Part shown: piece by piece, positions 17,586 through 30,822 of the stretch | Layout: the number at the start of each line of letters is the position of its first letter | Position numbering within the stretch: position 1 is the stretch's first letter | Origin: the human T2T-CHM13v2.0 reference genome, Homo sapiens | NCBI RefSeq assembly: GCF_009914755.1 | Contig: NC_060929.1 | DNA: 64,000 nucleotides | Direction: 5' to 3' (one strand) | The notes under the pieces: model-generated | Database searches by the model: none | What the model saw: the letters and a program-made list of their open reading frames with translations, nothing else | Told to the model about the DNA's origin: nothing | Position numbers and translations under genes: made by a program

Positions 17586-18089
17586 TGTGTCCGTGGGTCT
17601 GTGGTCTCGCTGACTTCAAGAATGAAGCCACCAGACCTTCACGGGGAGTGTGACAGCCCTCAAAGGTGGCAAGGACCCAAAGAGTGAGCAGCAGCAAGAT
17701 TTTTTGTGAAGAGCAACAGAACAAACCCCCCACCGCGTAGAAGGGGACCCCACTGGGTTGCCGCCGCTGGTCAGGGTAGCCAGCTTTTATTTCCTTATTT
17801 GTCCCTGCCCATGTCCTGCTGATTGGTCCATTTTACAGAGTGCCAATTGGTCCATTTTACAAAGTGCTGATTGGTCCACTTTACAGAGTGCTGATTGGTC
17901 TATTTTACAAACCTCTAGCTAGCTACAGAGTGCTGATTGGTGCATTTTGACAGAGCACTGATTGGTACATTTCACAAACCTCTAGCTAGCTACAGAGTGC
18001 TGATTGGTGCATTTTACAATCCCCTTGTAAGACAGAAAAGTTCTTCAAGTCCCCACCCGACCCAGAAGTCCAGCTGGCTTCACCTCTCA
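17586..18089 (-). mobile_element. LTR12-family (ERV9) solo LTR, LTR12F-like, inserted into a MIR
   Basis: The - strand begins TGAGAGGTGAAGCCAGCTGGACTTC and ends GGACACA; tandem GCTGATTGGT units; 4-bp TSD GTGT (17582-85 / 18090-93). Confidence 0.9.
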
Positions 18090-18815
18090 GTGTGACCAAC
18101 CTCCAAGCTTTTTTATTTCATTGCTTGGCTTCCCTCTCTACCATGTCCATTTCTGCACATTTATTTCAGCCTCACATTGACCAGCTCCTGCGTGCCAGGC
18201 ATGGCCTAAGTGTTATTCGAACAAAGCTTCGGAAGCTAGTCCACTTGCTTCTGTCTAGAAGAGGAGGGCGGTGCTGGGAGGAACCTCCCTGACTCCTGCT
18301 GCAGACCCACTGAGAGGTGACTCCCACACGGCTGTCCTGGAACAAGACAGCAGCTTTTCTTAGGTTGTTCTAAGTTAAGGGCTCTCACTGCTGGTAAGAC
18401 AGGGAAATAGAGGAGATAAAAATAACAAAACAAAAGGAGAAGTCACAAAGTTACAGGAAATCTCAATATATCTTTCTGTTCTGGATGCTGCTCCAAACAC
18501 AACTGCAGCAGGGCCTCTTTGTGGGGGGTTCTTATTTGAGAGCCACAAAGGACCTCAAAGCCAAAACAGACTGATTATCTAGCCCACCTCCATGTCCTCC
18601 CCTCCTTCCCCCTACTTCCTTACTAACAGACCCAATTTTGTTCAGGAATCCACCCCCTGCCGAGAAGAAACTGATCCTATTCCCAGCTCAGAGCCAAATC
18701 CTGAATCATCCAATATTACCCCCTTGTCAGGAGTAGGTTGAGGGGTGACAAGTGGCCCATGCTTTTTCTGGGGTCAGGGAGAAGAAATGATTATTAGAAC
18801 AATTTTGGTTTAAAC

Positions 18816-19113
18816 TTTTTTTTTTTTTTTGAAACAGGGTCTCACTCTGTCACCCAGGCTGGAATGCAGTGGTGCGATCTCAGCTCACTGCAGCCTCAAC
18901 CTCTGCAGCCTCAAGTGATTCTCCCACCTCAGCCTCCTGACTAGCTGTGACTACAGGCCTGTGCCACCATGCCTCGCTAATTTTTGTATTTTTTGTAGAG
19001 ACAGTGTTTTGCCATGTTGCCCAGGATGGTCTTTCACTTCTGAGCTCAAGCAATCCATCAGCCTTGGCCTCCCAAAGTGCTGGGATTACAGGCATGAGCT
19101 ACTGCACCCAGCC
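18816..19113 (-). mobile_element. Alu (AluJ-like)
   Basis: T-tail first; small internal duplication CTGCAGCCTCAA; TSD TAAACTT. Confidence 0.93.
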
Positions 19114-19759
19114 TAAACTTGTTTCTAATTAGCAGTTCCAAATTTTTAGATGCTCATATCTCTGACTAATTACAATAACAGATGATGAAATATCGAAGTG
19201 TTGAACTGTCCTCTCAATTCCAGCCGGAACAAACAGATTCTGTTTTCTCTACATTTTGACTGAACTGTCTTGGTGTCATACATTAGATGGTAAACTTCTC
19301 CTCTGTTCCAATCTCCCCCTTCTTCATGGCTAATTAGTTAAAAGCACACTGTTGATAAACACAATATGAATAGAAAAATTTTTGTTTAGCCTTAAAAAAT
19401 AGCAGTATGACAATTTGTCTTGAATTTTGACCTTTCAGTGGTGGCTTGTATCAAAGTTACGGTCTTGGGATAGTGCTATGACCCGCTGAAATGGCTGCGG
19501 GCCTGAAATTTTGATCGTAAGGCAAATTTTGGTACAGAAAATCGCCTGTTTCTGCTGACTTCTGCTTTAGACATCCACTCTTAAGGAAAAGCATTGTTAT
19601 CCCACCAGCTAACACATCACTCTCTACCATATATCAAAGAGTCTCAAGATCCTTCTATTCATGAAAAATGAAAATATTCTCACCACATCCTCGCAGTAAT
19701 GTTCAACATAAATTACCAAGCACAGAGACAGTTTGGGAATGTACATTATAAATGGCCTT

Positions 19760-19997
19760 CCCTACAAGACTAAGAGTGAATCCTAATGTAAACTATAGAC
19801 TTTGGGTGGTAATAATGTGTTAATGTCGGTTGACAGATTGTAATAAATGCACCGCTGTAATGTGGAATGTTGAAGTGAGGGAAGCTGTAAGTGTATGGAG
19901 ACAGATAAATGGGAATTCTCTGTACTTTCTGCTCAATTTTACTGTGAACCTAAGACTGCTCAAAAAAGTAGAAGTAAGTAAATACATAAGTCAGTAA
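19760..19997 (+). mobile_element. 5'-truncated L1MC-type 3'UTR fragment
   Basis: AGAGTGAATCCTAATGTAAACTATAGACTTTGGG...GCTCAATTTTACTGTGAACCTAAGACTGCTC; TSD ATAAATGGCCTT. Confidence 0.85.
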
Positions 19998-20038
19998 ATA
20001 AATGGCCTTTTCTTGGGCTGAGAAATGAAGACATTTCC

Positions 20039-20199
20039 TATATGTTACTTGGACCTGTAAATTCACTCTGGGGAGATATATATATATATCAGAAAGTATA
20101 TGTTACTTGGACCTGTAAATTCACTCTGGGGATGTGTGTGTATATATATATACACATATATATTACATATATATATATACACATATATATTAGAAAGTA
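20039..20199. repeat. Two-copy tandem duplication (36 bp identical) containing a (TA)n microsatellite
   Basis: TATATGTTACTTGGACCTGTAAATTCACTCTGGGGA at 20039 and 20097. Confidence 0.92.
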
Positions 20200-20228
20200 A
20201 ATATTTCTTGTTAAAATCTGAGATATAA

Positions 20229-20584
<356 letters not shown>

Positions 20585-20639
20585 GGGTTGGCTCTTATCT
20601 ATTTACTTGATAGCCAGGTTTGGAGTCATTAGTGGCTGT

Positions 20640-21050
20640 TGCTTACTCCTTGAACAAACATTTTTGAGTGTTGTGCTGTACAGGCCACTGGATAGATAGC
20701 GATGAATCCCACACAGTCCTGTCCTCAGAGCCCACATCTTCATAGATCTATAAATTAATATTTGCAGTAGAGTATGACAAAAAAACTCCAATAGAAGTGC
20801 CTCCAGGGAAGATGGTACCAATTGAACTGGTTGCTGGGGAGGTGTCAGGGGAGGGTTCATGGCAGAAGCCTCATTGAAGGATCTCAGAATTTCATGCCTC
20901 CTGGGAGGTTCAGTCCAAGACACCTACCTCCATCTTTCAGTGCAGAGGGCACATGAGGGGACCTGCCAAGATGAAGCCAGAGAGGCAACAGTGGTCAAAT
21001 GATAGAAGGCCTGGGGCGGGAAGGGGCAGGTAAAGATTTGGGGCTTTATC
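20640..21050 (-). mobile_element. L2 fragment
   Basis: AACAAACATTTTTGAGTG...GGTAAAGATTTGGGGCTTTATCC. Confidence 0.6.
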
Positions 21051-22168
21051 CAAATGGACTTTATTGTAGTTGTATTCATTTGATACCTTTTGTAAGTTCC
21101 TTGTTTAGTTATTACATGATTATCATAAAGTTTGGGAGCATAATGGTTAGAAAGATATCACAGACTTAGGAAAAGGATGCATGTTCCTTTAATTTGGCTC
21201 TTTTAATGGACTGAGAGACTATGCAACGCTCATGGCTGGAGGACAAGCTTCCCCGGCCTTCCAGTCCCATAAGGACACCTGCTGTTAATGGCAGTCCTGA
21301 TGGAGTGTAGATCCCTCGGGCTGCCATCCTCACAAAGGTGTGTTACTTTCTGGCTGGCAGCTCCAGATGGCCCTAGGGACTCTGAACTCAGCCTGTGTCC
21401 GAAGGCTTACTGCAAGACTGTGCGACTCCACCATGGTCAGTTTCCCCGGGGAACCATCTCTCTACCAAGCCCAGTTTTCCATTGCAAGAACAATTGCCAA
21501 GATGTCTAAGTTTCTATGTGAGAATTTTGGCATCTTGGGTTCCTTTTAAATAGGACACACTTGTATGCTCTAAAGAAAAAAAGAAAAGGTTTCTCATGAA
21601 GCATTAGCTTTCAAGATTACAGTTCGGTAGGATGTTCAAGATGCTTAGGGTGAATAAAAATGACAGACAGCTGAACACTTCCTATAAATGAAACACCAAT
21701 ATAGATCTAAGTTTCATGCATGACTCTCAATGTGGTTAATGAAAAGGAAGATAAAAAAAAAAAAGGTTGGCCATATTTGCAGGGCATTTGCTCCCAAATG
21801 TTTCAATCCTGTTTTCTTTAGACTTTGAAAAGGGGGATTGCACGTTATCTGTCAAGAAGGCATCAAAGCAGAGAAATCCACAAATGTGTAGTGTCAGATA
21901 GAATTCAAGCCTTCAGAAAGGACTCCACTCCTTTGGTTACTAAGAGAACTAGGGGCTTGTATTTCTAAGATGTCACTAGCTGGAGGCGCTGAGCAGGTAA
22001 TGGTCTATGTTTTCCTAGACTATAAAATCCTGATTATATGGTTTAATAAAATAAGAATCTCAGAGTTCTGATGGAAAACAAGTAAACTTCAGGTCTTAGC
22101 AGGCACTAGCAGAAAGCACCAGAGAAAACTGGGGGAGAGGTTAGGACTCCTGTCCCAAAGATCCCCCT

Positions 22169-23823
<1,655 letters not shown>

Positions 23824-24237
23824 CCATATATAAATCTGCCATTAAAAATAATATGAAATAAAACCCTATCGCATTTGCCATTTACATCAACTTTTCTCTT
23901 CATAGCTTCATTAGGAACTTACAGCTCTTCACAGACTCCATGTGTTTTAATTGATTATAGCCATCAATCTTATTTGATATTCAAAATCTCAGAGCTTGAC
24001 CAGAGGAAACCTCTTTAATCTAGCTTCTTAGTCCTTCCAGAACCACCCTGTGATATTCTAGAAAGCATCCTTGCTTTCTGGTTACAAAAGAAACTTCCAG
24101 GCTTAAACCATTTGTTTTACCCTACTCAGGACAACCCTTCCAAAGAGCCCCTGTTTCTTTAAGTGGAGAAAACTGTTAGAGACAAAGTCTGGCCATTTAG
24201 GGGTACAGGAGAGTTGTGGTGGGCATTAGTACTACTC

Positions 24238-24264
24238 CTGCTGCTGCTGCTGCTGCTGCTGCTG
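24238..24264 (+). repeat. (CTG)9 trinucleotide repeat
   Basis: Nine uninterrupted CTG units. Confidence 0.95.
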
Positions 24265-25199
24265 TGTCCACTGTTAGTGACAGAAGTGGGAAAATATTTA
24301 AGTTGAGTTCACATTAGTGTTCCCAGTTTAGCGTGAGCATTGCTCCATTATGTTGTTCTAATGTAAAAATGTCAAACACATTTTTCTCAATGAGATACTT
24401 AACATTTTAACCCTTCATCCAAGCTATATGTTACACCTCACTTTTCTATAGTTGTATATTTAGAAAATAAATATTTATGAAATACTTGATATTTCTCATC
24501 AATCCTTGGTCACTCAATTGAAGGGTGTAGAAGTAAGGTCAGGTTCACCTTAGTGAGGGGCCTGCATCTAACCTTATCTGAAGGGGCTTATGAATTTGGG
24601 ATTTATTACCTTGACAGAAAGAAATATTGAGAATGACCCCACCCATGCTTTATAGCAATCGCTCTTTATAGTTTATTTCATAGTGACAAGAAGGAACTCA
24701 TCCATGGTGGGTTTTTCCCTGAGTGGTCTGTATGGTCATATCAGAACTGAAATCATCCCTTCTTGCTTCTGAGCCCCCGTTTCCAAGTCTTGTTCTTTGT
24801 TTCTGTAGGTAGTAAAGTGAATTCTTTAAATCCCTGCCCTCCATCAGCTGCTAAAGCATTCTGCTTCCCTCTGATAAGATTAACAGAATGTTGGCTGTGG
24901 TTACGGGATGCTTTGCAGTCTATGTCTTAAACCAAGCCAGCCATGTTAGCATTTCCTCTAGTGGTGGTGTTTTAGGCCAATTGAGAATGTGGGTGATATT
25001 AATATTTTCCAACCAGCTGATAACAGGAAAGACACTTCTGCTTGGAGTCCACTTTGAGAAGAGATTTATTATTTAGGCAGCACAGGACACCTCCATTAAT
25101 CTTCCCCCAGCAGTGCCCATCTACCATCAAGTTCATATACTTTCCCCAGGGTTCAAAGAAGGGTATAATTTTAGCCAGCGATTAGTCAATATTTATCAA

Positions 25200-25430
25200 T
25201 AAGAATAATAACAGTAAAATTACAATGGCCAATGTTTGAATCCCTAATGTGTGCCAGGCACAGTACGGGGCCTTTTGCAGCTATTATATCATAAAACCCT
25301 TACAACAGCCCCATGAAATTTGCACCATGATTTGCTTCATTTTACTTTTGGGGAAACCACGGATCAAGTAACTGAAGTGATTTCTCTAGGACTCACAGAT
25401 GAGCGGTGGCAGAGCCTGGAATTAGATATA
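25200..25430 (-). mobile_element. MIR
   Basis: TGTGTGCCAGGCAC...CTTACAACAGCCCCATG...GGTGGCAGAGCCTGGAATT. Confidence 0.7.
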
Positions 25431-26570
25431 TCTGATGTTAGTGTTTTGAGGAATCACTCTCCCCAAAAGCCATAGCTCCCAGACATTCTTATGTAATTTG
25501 TCTTTGCTGAGGCTTGGGTATTGATGATTTAAAAGTCCCCAGAGACCAGATTTCATCTGGTATGCTGTGGGAGTCAAGTAACGTCCAAGGCCAAGCCTGT
25601 CTGAGAGAGGTTTTTATTAGCTCCAAAATTATAATAACTTCCACAGCCTTCTTCCACCAATTCTGCCTTCCACTGAAACAGCGCTGGTGATGTTTAGAGG
25701 TATGAGTTTGGGACAATTATCAGGAGAAGCATTTTGGTGCTATTGTCCCACCCCTTCTGTCCTGAGAGGTTTTATCTGGTCTTTCAGTATTTCAAATAGG
25801 TCATGACTAGATTCCATGCATCCCTAGAAAACATAGCCTAAATTTTAAATTAAAGTATGAGGTGGAAGAAACAGCCTTTCTTCCCTTTTGTTTCCAAGGA
25901 CAGATGGAGTCAAAAGTGGAACTTGGGCCCGCAGAGCCGGATAGCTTGGGCAGTACGTGTGTGCACCTGCAGGCTGTGGAGACAGGTATTTCCATGGAGC
26001 TCACTCGCCCTGCCTCTCATCCAGGCCTGAAAATCATAGGTAACTATGAGGCAAGAGGAACCCAGGGTGGTGGGAACACCCTAGGGTGATCCCAGGCTGG
26101 GGACCTTTGGACTAAAAAGATGAAAGCCAACATTCCCTCCCCAGGAGGAGATGCAACTCCTGCACTCTCTAGTGACCATCACTGGGATATTGCACAGATC
26201 TGCAGTCACCTTCTAAATCCCCTTAAAGTGGACCTAGCCATCCTCTCCATTTTAAGACCACATCTCCTGTCTGCTACAGCCCCTCTCGCTTCTTTTTCTT
26301 TAAGGATATCTGGCTGGTTGTATTGGGTTAACATGCAAGAAGAGAGTACCAATCACTCCATAACTTGGGTAATGCATGTCAATGGTGATCTGTGTGGGGC
26401 CGCAAGGTTCCAGATGGTTGGGACAACTCTACAATCAGTCACATTTGGGTTGGTTAAATCCCCCACTCATCTTTACAGCTGTATCCTGCAAGTTAGTGGC
26501 TGCCTGTCTCTGAACTTCACCTTCCTTATGGTTGTCAAAAATACCTCCATGGGATAAAAACGCAGCATCT

Positions 26571-26620
26571 GTAGATTCCCAAATAGGTGCAAGTAGATTC
26601 CCAAATAGGTGCAAATAGGT
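26571..26620. repeat. 22-bp tandem duplication
   Basis: GTAGATTCCCAAATAGGTGCAA x2, followed by ATAGGT. Confidence 0.9.
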
Positions 26621-27379
26621 TCATTCGTTGGTTCATTCTGCAGTCAGGGAGCTTTCAGTCTACTGGCATGCAAGACGCAATGATAATGAGAATACTTCAC
26701 AATGAGTGTGACGTGATGACTGATGAATGTGACAAAGGAGAAGTAGGATGCACTTAGACAGCCTGGGGGAATTGAGTTGTGGCCAGAAGGGAGAGAGAGT
26801 GTCCATTCTCCACCTCATCACTTTGCTGCCAAGAGAAACAGGAATTTCTTAGACAAGTTCTCAGGTCCCTCGGTGAGACTGGCAGCCTAAAAAAGGCACC
26901 AGGGAGCAGGGGGCACTCACATCATGCCATCCCCCCACAGAGCATCCCGCTGGCCATCTGCATCAGCCCGACCCCCACAGGATAGAAGACTGGCACATCC
27001 AAGTTGCTCCTTCCACACCCTCTCCCCACTGAGGCCTCGTCTCCTCCGCCCTGTGGCCAATTGAAGGTGAACTCCTAACGTGCATTCTGCCTGGGATCCC
27101 AGAGGTTGTGGCAGCCAGATGAGTCACCTCACAAATACAGCACGTGTTCCTCGGGGGCGGCGGTGGGAGGAAACACGTGAAGAGCTCTCTCTGTGATAAT
27201 AGACCATTTAGAGCTTCAGATGGCGAAAACAAGCTGATCAGGTGCAGGCCCTCCAGGAGGCTGGCAGGTGACTCCCAGCCAGCACGCCCTCCATCGCACG
27301 TTGGGGAAGCTGGAAAGAGCCTGGTGGCTGCCGGGCCTCCCTCTGGCATCCTCTCTCCCTCCAAGGCTGTGTGCTCCCC

Positions 27380-27730
27380 ACCTTGTCTCTCCTTTTTTCA
27401 TTCCATTGCTCTGTTCTGTTTCTGTCTACCCATTCGTCTTTTCTTCCTCTTCTCTTTCTGTTGCCATTCTCTTTCTCTTCTCCTCTCAACATGTCCTTCT
27501 CTCTACCCGTTTCCCCCTCCCCTTCTCTCTCTCCTCCCTCTTTCCCTCTCCCTCTCTTCCTTTCCCAAATCTCTCTTAGCCAGGCTCCTTTTCGCCCTTT
27601 GCCTCTCAAACCCTCCTCCACCTTTCCACCCTCTCTCTGCGTTCTGCTTCTCCCTTCTTCCTTCCGTGTCTCTGGCTCACTTATCTGCCCTCTCCACATC
27701 TTCTTCCATTTGCCACCCTCCCTCTCTGTA
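27380..27730. repeat. CT-rich polypyrimidine low-complexity tract
   Basis: ~350 bp strongly C/T-biased. Confidence 0.85.
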
Positions 27731-27758
27731 GCCACACCCAGTGGGCTCAGAGCTGGGT

Positions 27759-28084
<326 letters not shown>

Positions 28085-29787
28085 AGATCTAGGTCTTTCA
28101 TCCCCCTACACAACCCTGGCCTGGCCTGGGCCTCTGGTCTTGGGCCTGGAAGGGAGTCCCATCCTCCCTCCCTCAGCTGGATTTCTTAAGGATAAAACCT
28201 TTGCTCCTTCCTTCACCACACCTCTCCACATCCCAAACTCAAGCCCACAGAGCCCAGCTCTGGGCCCAGGGTGTGGACGGGGAGGGTGGCTGGTGGCCCA
28301 GAGCTGAGCCCTGTGAGTCAACAGCATGCCTAGACTCACACACAGACACATGGCCCACCTTCAGGGTCATGAGGATTCATAAACCCTATTCTGCGAAGTG
28401 CCTCCAGGAATCATCAAGGGAGCTAGGGCAGCTCTGAGTCTCCACCAGGCCCACCCTCCGCCTCTCAGGGCTGAGCTTCACTTCCCTTCCCAAAGGGGCC
28501 AGGGAGAGGGGCTGCTGATGACATGATCTCAGAGGAAGGCCAAGGCCTCCAGGCTGCCTCTGGGCCTGGCACAGGAAGGAGGAGGAGAAAATAGGGAGCC
28601 CAAGGAAAGATCAACCCAGCCCAGCCCAAGGACCCCCAGCCCCAGCCCCAGCCCCAGCTGGGCTCAAACTAATTGAAAACAGACTGGAAAAGGCTGCTTT
28701 TGCCCTTCCTCTAGACTCAGCATCATCAAGACTGGAGGGACAGAGCATTTGAATCATCAGACGCTGGGCCAGACGTCACCCCACGCGTTTTCTCATTTTA
28801 TCGTCCTAAGAAGCCCAGAAGGTGCGTAAAATGGCCTGTCCCAAACAGATGAGGACATTACCTTTCTCCTCTTCCTCCTCCTCCTTCTTCTTCTTCTTCT
28901 TTTTGCTTCATTTTTCTTTCATTTTTTCCCCCAGATGTTGCATTTCAGAGAGGCTGAGCGTGTTGACTAAGGTCACACAGCTACAAACATCAGGGACCTG
29001 CGAAAAAGCTCTGTTCCCTGGTGACAGGTGTTCTGTGATCCTAACACAGCCGGAGGTGGGGACAACGTCCTTGCAGTAACAAAGGCCCTGTTGCTCAACT
29101 CAGTGGACATCAGGCCCTGTTTTCATTCATTAGCAGGTCAGGGATTCCAGTGTCACCTGTGCCATGTATTCCAGCTGATCTACCTGCAAGCCTCTACTCC
29201 CCATTTTCCCAGCAGCAGCCGCAGACACCACCCAACTGGCAGAAATTTCAAACAAGGGGTTCTGCCTTGCACTCCGGTGCAAGGGTTGGGCACGTGGACT
29301 CACATGTGACCAATCACATTGTCTTTCCTGAGATCCTGCATTTTGACCAGAGGAATCAAGAACAAAAAGTGGTGGCAACTGATTTATCCTTAAGAAATCC
29401 AAGTAATGAGTTCCTGCTGCCAAGATTTCTGGGATTTCCCTGGCTCCTGCCAGTTTCTGGATTTGGTTCTTAAGCATTTTCTGGGTGTGTGAGCCCCATA
29501 CCCTTCTCATAGCTTCTTCAGCCAGAGTCAGTTTCTGGTTTTTGCAATCAAAAATAACCCAACTAAGATTTGCTATCCTGCAGGCAAGAGAGGGCCACAG
29601 CTTGATAGTCAAGGTTAGCCATTGTCTGGGCCCTGCCTGCCCCAGCCAGCTTTCTTTCCTCCCCAGCCTGTACCTGCCACCCTGAGCACACCACACTGGT
29701 ACACGCCTGTGTACTTGTCTTTTATGGTCTCACTATAATTTATTTAATCCCTCATTAATGAACATTTCTAAGTTGAAGTATAATTCA

Positions 29788-30266
29788 TGTATTAGTCAGG
29801 GTTCTCCAGAGAAACAGAACCAACAGGATGTGTGTGTATATATATTATACACATTATTATATATTACACACATGCACACACACAGACATATCTATATATC
29901 TAGAGAGAGAAAGAGATTTCCTTTAAGGAATTGGCCTACATGATTGTAGGGGCTGGCAAATTCAAAATCGGCAGGGCAAGTAGTCAAGGGAAATTCAAAA
30001 TTGGCAGGGCAAGAAGCCTAGGGAAAAGTTGCAGGCAGAATTGTTTCTTCCTGGGAGAGACCTCAGTCTTTTTCCCTGAAGGCCTTCAGCTGACTCAATG
30101 AAGTTTACCCATATTATGGAGAGTAATCCACTTTCTTCAAAGACTCCTGCTTTAAATGTTAATTTCTTTGAAAAAATTGCCTTCACAGCAACATCTAGAC
30201 TGGTGTTTGACCAAACAACTGGGTACTATGGCCTAGGCAAGTTGACACGCAAAATTAACCGACACA
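29788..30266 (-). mobile_element. MLT2 (ERVL) solo LTR inserted in an L1M 3' fragment
   Basis: TGTATTAGTCAGGGTTCTCCAGAGAAACAGAACC...AAATTAACCGACACA; 5-bp TSD ATTCA. Confidence 0.9.
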
Positions 30267-30366
30267 ATTCACATACCGTAGCATAAAATGAACCCTTCTA
30301 AAGTGCACAATTCCATGTTTTTAGCATGTTCACAAGGTCATCATCATCACGATATAGTCACGGAAC

Positions 30367-30822
<456 letters not shown>

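Noticed and set aside
19380-19760. Faint piggyBac/PGBD4-like peptide echoes on the - strand (SG..HYPK..I.AT)
   Set aside because: Too short, interrupted by stops, spacing inconsistent, and no TIR or TTAA target site identified.
28905-28940. Strong polypyrimidine tract plus AG (28933-34) as a cryptic exon start
   Set aside because: Derived from a CT-rich simple repeat next to a MIR, with no convincing downstream donor.
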